Notes under the pieces: generated by a model
Database searches by the model: none
Seen by the model: only the letters and a program-made list of their open reading frames with translations
What the model was told of the DNA's origin: nothing
Shown here: piece by piece, positions 27,777 to 37,299 of the stretch
Position numbering within the stretch: position 1 is the stretch's first letter
Layout of the letters: the number at the start of each line of letters is the position of its first letter
Made by a program: the position numbers and the translations under genes
Assembly: GCA_965612745.1 (NCBI GenBank)
Contig: CBFDTD010000004.1
Span: 1,253 to 65,252 of the forward strand
From: an uncultured bacterium
GTDB taxonomy: Bacteria; Chloroflexota; Anaerolineae; B4-G1
Length of the DNA: 64,000 bases
Reading direction: 5' to 3'

Positions 27777-28634
27777 TTACTCCCCGCTCCCGACGATGCG
27801 CTCATAGAGCGCATTCAACTCTTCCTCGGAGTAGAAGTAAATCACGATGCGTCCTCCCTCGCCGCTGCGCGTGAGGCTCACTTTCGTGCCCAGCGCCTCG
27901 CGGAAGCGGGACTCCAGCGCCCGCGTCTCCGGCGAGGGCGCATGGGCAGGCCGCTGCTCCTCCCGCAGGCCGAGCAAGCGCCGCACCAACTCCTCCGTCT
28001 GCCGCACGTTCAGCCCCCGTCTCAGGACCGCCTTGAGCGCGGCTTCCTGCGCCTCGGCCCGCTCCAGACCCAAAAGCGCACGGGCGTGCCCCTCACTGAT
28101 TTTTCCCGCCAGCAGCGCCTCTTGCACAGGACGCGCCGCTTTCAGCAGCCGTAGCGTGTTGGAGACCGCTACCCGGCTCTTGCCCACCCGCCGTGCCACC
28201 TGCTCCTGCGTCAGCCCGAACTCCTCGGTCAACTGGCGGTAGGCCATCGCTTCCTCCAGCGGGTTCAGGTCGGCCCGCTGGAGATTCTCCACCAGCGCCA
28301 GTTCCAACATCTCGCTGGGGGCCACATCCTTCACTATGACAGGAACCGTGGGTAATCCGGCCAGCCGCGCCGCACGCCAGCGCCGCTCGCCGGCGATCAG
28401 TTGATACCCATCAGGTGCTCTGGTGACGACGAGCGGCTGGATGATCCCGTGTTCCTCGATGGAAGCGGCCAGTTCCACCAGATCCTGATCACGGATCGGC
28501 GCACGGGGTTGATGGGGGTTGGGCGTGATAGAAGCGAGAGGCACTTCAACCACACCCTGTGCCGCTGCCTCTTCCTCGGCGAGAGGAATCAGCGCCTCCA
28601 GGCCCTTGCCCAGTCCCCTCTTGCGTGGTGACAT
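27777..28634 (-). CDS. parB: Chromosome partitioning protein ParB/Spo0J
   Basis: N-terminal [23 protein letters not shown] motif, [11 protein letters not shown]. Confidence 0.97.
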   Translation of the reverse strand: MSPRKRGLGKGLEALIPLAEEEAAAQGVVEVPLASITPNPHQPRAPIRDQDLVELAASIEEHGIIQPLVVTRAPDGYQLIAGERRWRAARLAGLPTVPVIVKDVAPSEMLELALVENLQRADLNPLEEAMAYRQLTEEFGLTQEQVARRVGKSRVAVSNTLRLLKAARPVQEALLAGKISEGHARALLGLERAEAQEAALKAVLRRGLNVRQTEELVRRLLGLREEQRPAHAPSPETRALESRFREALGTKVSLTRSGEGGRIVIYFYSEEELNALYERIVGSGE

Positions 28635-28671
28635 CTCTCACCTCAACGGTGGAGGTGCGGTAACCGCACCC

Positions 28672-29466
28672 TTAACGGTAACGTCCATCACCTGCCAGCA
28701 ACTCCCGCGTCAGTGCCGCATAGGCCAGCGCACCCGCCGAATGAGGCGCGTAGGATATGATGGGCTCGCCGTAACTGGGCGCTTCGCTCAGGCGCACACT
28801 GCGCGGGATGATGGTGTTAAAGACCCGGCCGGGGAAGTGCCGCCGCACCTCTTCGACGACCTGCCGTGAGAGATTGGTGCGAGCGTCGTACATCGTCATC
28901 ACCAATCCCCGCAGCCGCAACTTTGGGTTGAGGGCACGGCGCACCAACTCAATCGCGCGCACCAATTGCGAGAGACCCTCCAGCGCCAGGTACTCACACT
29001 GCACAGGGATGATCACTCCATCGGTGGCAGCCGTCAACCCGTTCACCGTCAGAATGCCCAGGCTGGGTGGGCAATCAATCAACACGTAATCGTACCGCTT
29101 GCCCTGCTCTTCGTCCGTGTTCAGCACCGCCAGCGCCTGGCGCAAGCGAGATTCCCTCTGCGGCAGGCTGACCAGTTCCACCGTCGCGCCGGCCAGCGCG
29201 GGCGAAGCAGGGGCCAGATCGAGCCGCACCCGGCCGGTGAGTTGCATGACGCGGCTTAACGAGACCCCGCGCACCAGCAGATCGTATGTGGAGAGCGGCA
29301 CGGCACGCTTATCTATCCCCAGGGAGGAGGTGGCGTTAGCCTGGGGGTCAATATCCACCACCAGAACGCGCTGCCCCCACTCCGCCAGGTAGGCCCCCAC
29401 GTTTACCGCCGTGGTAGTCTTGCCAACCCCACCTTTCTGATTAGCCAGCGCGTAGATGATCGGCAT
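28672..29466 (-). CDS. parA: Chromosome partitioning ATPase ParA/Soj
   Basis: NQKGGVGKTT, DPQANAT, DCPPSLG, VQCEY, IPRSVRLSEAPS; upstream of parB. Confidence 0.97.
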   Translation of the reverse strand: MPIIYALANQKGGVGKTTTAVNVGAYLAEWGQRVLVVDIDPQANATSSLGIDKRAVPLSTYDLLVRGVSLSRVMQLTGRVRLDLAPASPALAGATVELVSLPQRESRLRQALAVLNTDEEQGKRYDYVLIDCPPSLGILTVNGLTAATDGVIIPVQCEYLALEGLSQLVRAIELVRRALNPKLRLRGLVMTMYDARTNLSRQVVEEVRRHFPGRVFNTIIPRSVRLSEAPSYGEPIISYAPHSAGALAYAALTRELLAGDGRYR

Positions 29467-30319
29467 CCTGGCTCACTCCACTTCGCATGGCCTCCAGGGC
29501 CTGCCGACAATGAGCAATCTCCTCCGGGCTGGGTGTACCGGCCAATCCCACCCGCGTCACGGAGCGGGCAGCGATGCAATTGGCGAAACGCGCCGCCGTC
29601 CAGGGGTCTCCCGTGCGCTGCAGCCACACGAAAAAGGCGGCCGCGAAGATGTCGCCCGCGCCGGTGGGGTCCACCTCATGCACGGTCGGAGCCGGGAAGT
29701 GGCGGGCCTGGCCGGCTGTGTATACGGTACAGCCCGCTGCTGCCCGGGTCACAACCAGCAGCCGCGTCTGGGCGGCATATTGGGCCACCAGCGATTCGTC
29801 GCGTAGCACGTCCTCCTCACTCAGCACAACGGCGTCGGCACGGGCAAGCAACTCATCGGCCATCTCCCACCGGCAGGGGTTCACGTGTCCGGCAGAATCC
29901 CAACGGCGCATCCACCCCTGGGGAGTCAGACCTATAAAAGCGTCGCCAAACACGTCCGTCAGCGCCGGATCGCACTCCCGAGCCACCGGTCCCAGGTGGA
30001 CGATGGTCGTCCGCCAGTTCGGTGGCACCATCGCCGGCACCAGCCTCTCTGCGACGCCGTGTAGCATCTGGCGCCGACCATCGGCGGTGTAGATATTTCT
30101 GAAGGTGGTCGTTGCAGTGGCAGGGAAGCGGGTGATGACCACGCCGTCCAACACCTCGCTCAGATCGAGGTCAGGGCTGGCGCTGGTGATAGCACCAACG
30201 CGACAGCCCAGCGCCTGCGCAGTGCGGGCAGCGTAGGAAACCGTCCCACCAATCGTGAAGGCACCATCTACCAGATCGCGGGTCACGTGACCGATGACCA
30301 GATAGTCCAGTTCAACCAT
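29441..30319 (-). CDS. PfkB-family carbohydrate kinase
   Basis: GGTVSY, DPTGAGDIF signature. Confidence 0.88.
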   Translation of the reverse strand: MVELDYLVIGHVTRDLVDGAFTIGGTVSYAARTAQALGCRVGAITSASPDLDLSEVLDGVVITRFPATATTTFRNIYTADGRRQMLHGVAERLVPAMVPPNWRTTIVHLGPVARECDPALTDVFGDAFIGLTPQGWMRRWDSAGHVNPCRWEMADELLARADAVVLSEEDVLRDESLVAQYAAQTRLLVVTRAAAGCTVYTAGQARHFPAPTVHEVDPTGAGDIFAAAFFVWLQRTGDPWTAARFANCIAARSVTRVGLAGTPSPEEIAHCRQALEAMRSGVSQDADHLRAG

Positions 30320-30384
30320 AGCAGTTACTTGACAATGGCACATCAAAGCCCGGCAATTGAAGTCATGGGCAGCGACTGCAAAGT

Positions 30385-30425
30385 CCACCTTTGTGGAGCG
30401 GTCCAGTCGCCGAAGGGCGACCTCA
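30385..30425. repeat. REP-like hairpins between jag and pfkB
   Basis: GTCCACCTTTGTGGAGC and GTCGCCGAAGGGCGAC stems. Confidence 0.45.
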
Positions 30426-30458
30426 CAAGTACTGCAGCGGGTTTAAGCGCCGTGTAGC

Positions 30459-31205
30459 CTATTGTCGTCGTGGGATGATGGTGACCTTGCGCCGGTTCCC
30501 CTCGCCGATGCTCTGAGTGGTCACCCAAGGATGATCGCGCAGTGCCAGGTGGATGACTCGGCGCTCGTGGGGGGGCATAGGATCCAGCACCACCGTGCGG
30601 TTGGTACGCACCGCCTGCTCTGCCATACGATGGGCCAGGCGACGGAGCGATTTTTCCCGGCGTGCCTTGAACCCATCTACATCCACCACCAGATGCACCC
30701 GACGTGCCATCTCCCGCCCTACAATCAAGCGGGTGATATGCTGCAACGCCGCCAGCGTCTCTCCGCGGTAGCCTACCAGCACGTTGACGCCTGAGCCACG
30801 CACATCAAGCACCAGCGGCGGTGCCTTCTCGTCTGGGGCAGGCTCGGCTCGCCGCACGTCAACTCGCGCCTTCTCTATGCCCAGAAGTTCCAGAAGTTCC
30901 AGCAGCACTACCCGAGACACTTCGGCTTCATCCTTCTCCTCCACAGCAGGCTCTGCCGGCTCTACAGCGGGTGGAGCAACCGGCTCGGCCGGTGCTGCGG
31001 GAGCCGGACGCGGCACGGCCTTCAACTTAGGCGTCAGGCGCACACGGGCCGCTCGCGCTCCCAGTCCGAGCACGCCGCGGCTGCCCTCATCCAGCACTTC
31101 GATCTCCACCGCGTCCCGATCAACCCCTAGGCGTGCCAGGCCCGCGGCAATCGCTGCCTCCACGTCTGCTCCGGCAGCCTCTATTGCCTGCTCCATTTCT
31201 GCCAT
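30459..31205 (-). CDS. jag: RNA-binding protein Jag/KhpB (Jag_N, KH, R3H)
   Basis: EIEVLDEG..GVLGLG, GYRGETLAALQ, ERRVIH (R3H). Confidence 0.95.
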   Translation of the reverse strand: MAEMEQAIEAAGADVEAAIAAGLARLGVDRDAVEIEVLDEGSRGVLGLGARAARVRLTPKLKAVPRPAPAAPAEPVAPPAVEPAEPAVEEKDEAEVSRVVLLELLELLGIEKARVDVRRAEPAPDEKAPPLVLDVRGSGVNVLVGYRGETLAALQHITRLIVGREMARRVHLVVDVDGFKARREKSLRRLAHRMAEQAVRTNRTVVLDPMPPHERRVIHLALRDHPWVTTQSIGEGNRRKVTIIPRRQ

Positions 31206-31277
31206 ATGATATGCTCCTGAGTTCAGTGAGTGAAACGTGAAGCGCAATGTATGGGCGGGAGAGTGGGGTGTGGGAAC

Positions 31278-32045
31278 TCACCTGCGAGTTGGACGACGCA
31301 CTTTCTTATCTTTCCCGGTCTTATCGCTCCGATTCTGTTGGATGAGATAGAACTGGGCAATTCCAATCAGGTTGGAAATGATGAAATAGATGGAGAGTCC
31401 CGTCGCGTACTGGAGGGCAATGAAGCCGAACATCAACGGCATCATGATCTGCATCTGCTGGCTCATCATTGCCGTCTGCGATTGGTCGCCACTGGGGGCA
31501 GGCGGGGAGAGAAGTTTCTGCTGCAGCCAGGTGGTGGCGAAGACCAGAAGCGGCAAAGCGTAAGACCACCAATGGGCTATATTGGGAGGCTGACCCAGGT
31601 CCATCCCCAGGAACGTGCTCTGCAGTGGCACAAGTCCCACAACGCCGGGCAGCCACTTGTAGATGTGCTGGGAGAATTGAAACAGTTGCAAGGGTGTCGT
31701 AGGCACGCAGTACATAATCGCCTGGTAGAGACCGATCATAATCGGCAGTTGAATCAGCAGCGGCAGGCATCCCCCCATAGGGTTAATGCCTGCCTCTTTC
31801 CACAACTTCATCTGCTCCTGCGCCAGTCGCTCTTTATCCTTGCCGTACTTCTTCTGCAACTTCTCGATCTGCGGCTGAAGTTCCTGCATCCTGCGCGCCG
31901 ACCGCTGCTGCCCCAGCGTCAACGGCAGAATCAACAAGCGAATCAAGGTGGTCAACACAGCAAGGGCTGCGACGGTCTGATGCCCCAGGAAGTTATACAG
32001 GAGTAACATCAGATTGGCTAATGGATAAGCGATAAAATCGAACAC
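31278..32045 (-). CDS. yidC: Membrane protein insertase YidC (short Oxa1/SpoIIIJ form)
   Basis: MQELQPQIEKLQKKY, GGCLPLLIQLPI, GLSIYFIISN. Confidence 0.95.
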   Translation of the reverse strand: MFDFIAYPLANLMLLLYNFLGHQTVAALAVLTTLIRLLILPLTLGQQRSARRMQELQPQIEKLQKKYGKDKERLAQEQMKLWKEAGINPMGGCLPLLIQLPIMIGLYQAIMYCVPTTPLQLFQFSQHIYKWLPGVVGLVPLQSTFLGMDLGQPPNIAHWWSYALPLLVFATTWLQQKLLSPPAPSGDQSQTAMMSQQMQIMMPLMFGFIALQYATGLSIYFIISNLIGIAQFYLIQQNRSDKTGKDKKVRRPTRR

Positions 32046-32088
32046 GGCCCGTCCTTCCTATTCTCGTTGGGTATGGCTAAAATCGGTG

Positions 32089-32167
32089 GGACGCCCGGCT
32101 TCAGCCGGAAAATCCCCGCTGAAGCGGGGCCTCCGGCCTTTTCTCCCCACGAATTTTAGCCAGACTC
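32089..32167. repeat. 79-bp REP-doublet element
   Basis: Inverted near-identical copy of 27689-27767. Confidence 0.9.
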
Positions 32168-33296
32168 ATTTTTGTTCCTCAACCACAGGCGGGTGGACCC
32201 ACACCTCACGCCCATTATCCACATATAGCGCCCGTATACGATGAGGCCCGTAGATCAGCATTTCATACACCACCGACCCATCCACCACCGGCGTCGAAAG
32301 TACCTGCCCTTCACTCTCTCCCAGCCACAGCACTAAACCATCGGCGGTGTTCAGCGCATACAGGGTGCCGTTCTGACTGCCGACGAATAACTTGCTCCCA
32401 TCCTCGGCCAGCGCCGGCCCTGCCCGCACAGGTGCGCCAAGGTCATGATGCCAGATCTGCTCGCCGCTCTCGGCGTCTACAGCGTAGACATTGCCACTCA
32501 CATCGGTGGCATAGACGGTATCGTCGTAGATAACCGGACTGCCCCAGAACCAATTTTCACCTTTGAAGTGCCAGCGTTCGGTCCCAGTGTGCGCGTCTAT
32601 GGCATAGAGCCGATCGTCGAAAGCGCCGATGTAGAGTGTGTCATCACGCAACGCGGGTGTGGCAGCGAAGGCCCCCTCAGCGTGGAATTTCCAGCGCACC
32701 TCACCAGTGGACAGATCCAGTGCGTAGAGATAGCGATCCATTGAGCCGATGTAGACTATGTCCGAGACGATGAGGGGAGTGGCCCACACGCGGTGCCCGG
32801 TTTTGAAAATCCACCTGGGCTCACCGCTCTCCACATCCAGCGCGTAGATGTTGCCATCGCTGTTGCCAATGACGAAGAGGCCGCCGCTTATGGCCCCGCC
32901 TTCGACGTATTGACCGGCAGCGTCTTCGAAATGCCACAACTCGTTGCCGGTCTCAACATCCAGTGCCCAAACGATATTCCTAGGTTGGCTGAAGAAACCG
33001 CCACCGGGTACGTACGAGGCCACAATCACGTGTCCCTCGCCCACTGCCGGGGTAACGTAGAAGGCCCCGCGTCCGTCTTTCTTCGGGTCTTCCGGAAAAG
33101 CCCACCGAGGCTCACCGTCTGCTGCGTTCAACGCCACGACTTGCTCCAGGTCGGCTGCGTATAACCTCTCGTCCACGACGGTCAGCCCCGTCCAACTCGA
33201 GGCCCGTACACCTCCGGTACAGCCACTCACGCTTAGGATTACCGCCGCCAACATCGCCAAGGCGATGGGCCGGCGCCATGTCCGGGATTGATTCAA
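32166..33296 (-). CDS. PQQ-like beta-propeller (BamB-like) lipoprotein
   Basis: Signal peptide with lipobox VSG-C; repeated YAxDxxTGxxRW blades. Confidence 0.88.
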   Translation of the reverse strand: MNQSRTWRRPIALAMLAAVILSVSGCTGGVRASSWTGLTVVDERLYAADLEQVVALNAADGEPRWAFPEDPKKDGRGAFYVTPAVGEGHVIVASYVPGGGFFSQPRNIVWALDVETGNELWHFEDAAGQYVEGGAISGGLFVIGNSDGNIYALDVESGEPRWIFKTGHRVWATPLIVSDIVYIGSMDRYLYALDLSTGEVRWKFHAEGAFAATPALRDDTLYIGAFDDRLYAIDAHTGTERWHFKGENWFWGSPVIYDDTVYATDVSGNVYAVDAESGEQIWHHDLGAPVRAGPALAEDGSKLFVGSQNGTLYALNTADGLVLWLGESEGQVLSTPVVDGSVVYEMLIYGPHRIRALYVDNGREVWVHPPVVEEQK

Positions 33297-33524
33297 TTAC
33301 TTATCCTCCTCCAGATTTGGAACGGGATCATACCCCCCTGGGTTGAAAGGGTGGCAGCGGGCGACTCGCTTGACGGCCAGCCAGGTACCGCGCCAGACTC
33401 CATAGCGGGCGATGGCTTCATAGCCGTACTGGGAACAGGAAGGGACAAAACGGCATGTGGGAGGGAGCACGCGCGAGAGGGTCATCTGATAGAGGCGAAT
33501 CATACCTAAGAGGACAGCCTTCAT
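33297..33524 (-). CDS. yidD: Membrane protein insertion efficiency factor YidD
   Basis: [24 protein letters not shown]. Confidence 0.96.
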   Translation of the reverse strand: MKAVLLGMIRLYQMTLSRVLPPTCRFVPSCSQYGYEAIARYGVWRGTWLAVKRVARCHPFNPGGYDPVPNLEEDK

Positions 33525-33559
33525 CCTTTTCTCCAGTATGGGCTCATTGGTTGGGCCTC

Positions 33560-33656
33560 AATCAAGTCTCAAGTCTCAGGTCTCAAGTCTCAAATTTCGG
33601 GTTTCAGGTCTCAGGTTCGTCTAGCCTGAGACTTGAAACGCGCCGCAACCTGAAAC
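33560..33656. repeat. Heptamer tandem repeats (TCTCAAG/TCTCAGG) with a partial inverted arm
   Basis: TCAAGTCTCAAGTCTCAGGTCTCAAGTCTCAA...CCTGAGACTTGA between rnpA and yidD. Confidence 0.75.
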
Positions 33657-33659
33657 CCT

Positions 33660-33995
33660 CTACATACTCAATCCGGCCCGTTTCAACAGCGCAGCCAACG
33701 CCTTCTCGACCTGTGGCTCTTTCACCTCGAGAATTCTTGGCCGTGCGATCAACATCACATCCCACCCGGCCCCGAACTGGGGGTAGAGGCGACGCGCTGC
33801 TTCGCGCAGGAGTCGCTTGGCCCGGTTGCGGGCCACTGCTTTCCCCACACTCCGGCTGGCGGTAACCCCCACGCGGGTGAAGTCGAGGCCGTTGGGCCGT
33901 GCGACCAACACCAGCAAAGGGTGGGGCCACGATTGCCCTTCCTCATACACTCGTCGCACATCGTTCGTGTGTCGCAATCGAATGCGTCGTTCCAT
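33660..33995 (-). CDS. rnpA: Ribonuclease P protein component
   Basis: RVGVTASRSVGKAVARNRAKRLLRE (RNR motif). Confidence 0.95.
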   Translation of the reverse strand: MERRIRLRHTNDVRRVYEEGQSWPHPLLVLVARPNGLDFTRVGVTASRSVGKAVARNRAKRLLREAARRLYPQFGAGWDVMLIARPRILEVKEPQVEKALAALLKRAGLSM

Positions 33996-34022
33996 CCGCC
34001 ACCGGTGAACCACGTCGGGCCG

Positions 34023-34223
34023 CTAGGCTCGGCGTCGTGGCCGCTGCGCACTTTCCTTCCAGTTCAATTTCTTGGCCCACTCTCTACGCACAGTCAATCG
34101 CCGCCGGCCTTTCTGCCGCCGCGCCTTGAGCACCCGCCTTCCACCCGGTGTGGCCATACGGGCCCTGAAACCATGTGCGCGCATACGCTTGCGCTTTTTG
34201 GGTTGATACGTTCGCTTCGGCAT
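34023..34223 (-). CDS. rpmH: 50S ribosomal protein L34 with C-terminal extension
   Basis: MPKRTYQP...HGFRARM...GRRVL..RR.KGR..L plus about 20 extra residues. Confidence 0.96.
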   Translation of the reverse strand: MPKRTYQPKKRKRMRAHGFRARMATPGGRRVLKARRQKGRRRLTVRREWAKKLNWKESAQRPRRRA

Positions 34224-34261
34224 CCTTCCTCCATTGATTAGCCAATGTCAACAGCCGCGCC

Positions 34262-34290
34262 ATTATACCCCAAGCAGCACAAGCGGTCAA
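34262..34290 (-). promoter_or_regulatory. Sigma70 promoter of the rpmH operon
   Basis: TTGACC - 17 bp - TATAAT. Confidence 0.85.
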
Positions 34291-34346
34291 ATCGGCGAGG
34301 GCTCTCCGGGAATTGCCGTGGTGGGCGGTCGGGTCGGAGAAGTGGC

Positions 34347-35078
34347 TCAGTGTTGGAGCGAAGAGATAATGGCGACGATGAGCGGGGCCACGAGGAGCGC
34401 GGGGAGGAGATTGCCAGCCCGGATTTGTTTGATCTCCAACAGGCCCAGCCCCAATGCCAGCATCAGCACGCCCCCGGTGGCCGTCATCTCGGTGATCATC
34501 GGGTCGGCGAGCACTGCGCTGGCCCACCCAGCCCCCAGCGTCAGCGCGCCCTGGTAGAGCAGCACAGTGAGGGCCGCAGAGATCACGCCCGGCCCCAGCG
34601 TGGACGCGAAGGCCAGCGAGGCGAATCCATCCAGCGTCGCTTTGACCGCCAGCAGGGTGTAGTCACCGATCAGGCCGTCCTGGATGGAGCCCAGGATGGT
34701 CATCGGGCCGACGCAGAAGACCAGGCTGGCCGTGAGGAAGGCACGGCTGAAGCGGGATGCGGCAGGCCGTGGCAGGTCGGCGGTGGAGGGGTTGCCGAGC
34801 CCGGTGGTCCTGTCCTCCAGCCAGCGTCCCGCCTGGTTGAGCCGGTCCTCGATGCGCAGCAACTCCCCCGCGATGCCCCCCAGGAGCAGGCTCCCCAAGA
34901 CAATGAGGATGTTGTCGGTTTTGAGGGCCAGTTGGACGCCGATGACGAGGGTCAGCAGGCCCAGGCCGTGCATAATCGTCTCGCGCACTCTCTCCGGCAG
35001 GCGGGCGCCCAGCAGCGTGCCCAGCGTCCCACCCACCAGGACGGTGATGACGTTGATGATGGTGCCTCTGCCGATCAC
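34347..35078 (-). CDS. DUF554-family membrane protein
   Basis: GTIINVITVLVGG, FCVGPMTILGSIQDG, KATLDG. Confidence 0.88.
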   Translation of the reverse strand: MIGRGTIINVITVLVGGTLGTLLGARLPERVRETIMHGLGLLTLVIGVQLALKTDNILIVLGSLLLGGIAGELLRIEDRLNQAGRWLEDRTTGLGNPSTADLPRPAASRFSRAFLTASLVFCVGPMTILGSIQDGLIGDYTLLAVKATLDGFASLAFASTLGPGVISAALTVLLYQGALTLGAGWASAVLADPMITEMTATGGVLMLALGLGLLEIKQIRAGNLLPALLVAPLIVAIISSLQH

Positions 35079-35088
35079 AGCCCCTCCT

Positions 35089-35841
35089 TCACTCCAATGT
35101 TGTCAGTGGAACGTGGGCGGCACGCCGGAGCGTTTCTGCAATCCAAAGGCGGTAAGGCCGCCGGGACGCCAGCAGCCGCGCGATGGTCTTTTCGACGTCG
35201 TAGTGGACGATGCGGAACTCCACGTGCCAATCACTCTCCCAGGTGAGCAGCGCATAGCGGGCAGTCCCTCGCTCGCCCTGGGGATAGCCCACAGCGCCGG
35301 GGTTGATCAGACGCACGCCGTCCACGGTGCGATCCAGTACCTCGTGAGTGTGTCCAAAGAGGATAAGGTCGGACTGCGCGCCCGCGATCATCGCGCGCAC
35401 ATCGGCGTCAGGCGTCTCGGCCTTGATGACGTCCGTGTCGCTGCGAGGCGAGCCGTGTACCAGCAGCAGTCGCCGGTCACCAACCTCCAACTCCCGCCGG
35501 AAGGGCAGGGAATGCAGCCAGGCGACTGCCTGCCCGTCCAATCGTCCCAGCGCCCAGAGGCAGAGTGCTCGGTCGGCCTGCTCCTCCTCGTTGTGAGGCT
35601 CAAAGTGGCTCCAGTCAGTGGCGAGCAGGAAGCGATCGGTGTTGCCATAGACGCCAACAGCATTCCGCTCCATCAGCAATGCGACGACCTCGTCAGGGTC
35701 AGGTCCCAGCAAGACGACGTCGCCCAGGACGAGGAGCCGGTCGGCCCCGCCGTGCGCGTCCAGGTCGGCCAGGACGGCGCGCAGGGCCTCACCGTTGCCG
35801 TGGATGTCGGCCAGGACGGCAAGGTTCATAGCACACCTCAT
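35089..35841 (-). CDS. Metallophosphoesterase (YfcE/calcineurin-like)
   Basis: DIHGN, LGD, GNTD, HGSP, GHTH, NPGAVG. Confidence 0.9.
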   Translation of the reverse strand: MRCAMNLAVLADIHGNGEALRAVLADLDAHGGADRLLVLGDVVLLGPDPDEVVALLMERNAVGVYGNTDRFLLATDWSHFEPHNEEEQADRALCLWALGRLDGQAVAWLHSLPFRRELEVGDRRLLLVHGSPRSDTDVIKAETPDADVRAMIAGAQSDLILFGHTHEVLDRTVDGVRLINPGAVGYPQGERGTARYALLTWESDWHVEFRIVHYDVEKTIARLLASRRPYRLWIAETLRRAAHVPLTTLE

Positions 35842-35856
35842 AAGATTTGACTTGAG

Positions 35857-37299
35857 TTAATCCACCTCCCCAGTGGAGTCCATGCTCTCCTTCCCCAAAA
35901 CCTCCCGTATGCGAGCCGCCATCCGTCGCGCCCGTTCCGGAGCGTCGCCTACGTAAGCGGAAGCGTCGAGTAACTCGCGCACGCGCTCGGCGGGCAGGTA
36001 GCGCAGCACCTCCGGGTCGGCGGCCAGGCGCTCGGCCAGCGGGTTGGCTCCTCCCTGCTGGACGGCCTCCCAGGCGGCCATCGCGTGCCCGCGAATCAGT
36101 TCGTGCATCGCCTGACGGTCGGCACCGGCCCGCGCCAGTTCCATCAACAGGCGCTCGCTGGCGGCGAAAGTGCCGTAGGTGGCCAGGTTGCAGGCCACGG
36201 CCGCGTCGTTGATGCGCAACCCCCGCAGGATGCGGTGGGCGCGGCGCAGGAGTTCATCGCTCGCCAGGAATGCTCCGGGCAGCACCAAGCGGCGGTTGGC
36301 CGAATCATCCAGCGTGCGCTCCAGCAGGGAGTGAGCGGCGTTGTCCCAGGCCACGCGGGCCAGCACGGCGACGTATCGCGCCAGGCTGTTCATGTTCTCC
36401 GCGTTGATCGGGTTGCGCTTGAAGGGCATCGCCGACGAGCCCACCTGCCGTTTCCCAAACGGCTCGCTCCACTCGCCGACGGGCGGCGATTGGAGCAGCC
36501 GCAGGTCGAAGGCGAAGCGGTAGAGGGAGGCCGCCAGCCCCGCCAGCGCCGCCAGCACGCGGTAGTCCTGCTGGCGCGAGTAGACCTGCGTGGCGACGGG
36601 GAAGGCTTCCAGCCCCAGTTCCGCCATCACGCGGGCCTCCAGTTCGGCAGGGCTCACGGGCGTGCCGGCCAACAGTTGGGCATAGGAGGCACCGGTGCCC
36701 ACCGCCCCTTTGATCCCCTTGCCCCGGAGACGAGCCCGCACGCGCCGCAGTTCGACGTAATCCTCCAGCAGGTCCTGGCCATAGGTCGCCAGCCGGTAGC
36801 CGACGGTGGTGGGCTCGGCGGGCTGGAGGTGGGTGAAGCCCATGCAGACCTGGTCGGCGCGGGCCTCGCTGAGATCGGCCAGGGCCGAAAGGAGCGCGCC
36901 TAGCCGCGCAAGCAGCAGGTCGAGCGCTTCGCGGATGCGCAGCGCGTCGGCGTTGTCCTGGATGTCGGCGCTGGTGGCTCCCAGGTGAAGCACCGCTCCC
37001 CCGACCGGGCACTGTTCGGCGAAGGTGCGCAGTTCGGCCATCAGGTCGTGGCGGATTTCGGCCTCGATCTCGGCGGCGCGGACCAGGTCCACATCCCCCT
37101 CGTGCGCGCGCAGTTCGGCCAACTGTTCGGCGGTGACCAGGCCGGCCTGGTGTTGGGCGGCGGCCAGTGCGACCCACACGCGACGCCAGAGTCGGCGCTT
37201 GTGCTCCTCCGACCACAGGTGGCGCATCTCCTCGGAGCCATAGCGCCAGGTGAGAGGGGAGAGGTATGTTTCGTGGGTGAATTGGGTTTCAGGTTTCAT
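35857..37299 (-). CDS. purB: Adenylosuccinate lyase
   Basis: RHDLMA, HLGATS, FTHLQPA, SSAMPFKRNP, ERTLDDSA. Confidence 0.93.
   Translation of the reverse strand: MKPETQFTHETYLSPLTWRYGSEEMRHLWSEEHKRRLWRRVWVALAAAQHQAGLVTAEQLAELRAHEGDVDLVRAAEIEAEIRHDLMAELRTFAEQCPVGGAVLHLGATSADIQDNADALRIREALDLLLARLGALLSALADLSEARADQVCMGFTHLQPAEPTTVGYRLATYGQDLLEDYVELRRVRARLRGKGIKGAVGTGASYAQLLAGTPVSPAELEARVMAELGLEAFPVATQVYSRQQDYRVLAALAGLAASLYRFAFDLRLLQSPPVGEWSEPFGKRQVGSSAMPFKRNPINAENMNSLARYVAVLARVAWDNAAHSLLERTLDDSANRRLVLPGAFLASDELLRRAHRILRGLRINDAAVACNLATYGTFAASERLLMELARAGADRQAMHELIRGHAMAAWEAVQQGGANPLAERLAADPEVLRYLPAERVRELLDASAYVGDAPERARRMAARIREVLGKESMDSTGEVD

Noticed and set aside
32215-32223. DnaA box TTATCCACA (another at 50091-50099) suggesting oriC
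   Set aside because: Isolated single boxes inside coding regions; no cluster, AT-rich unwinding element or dnaA.
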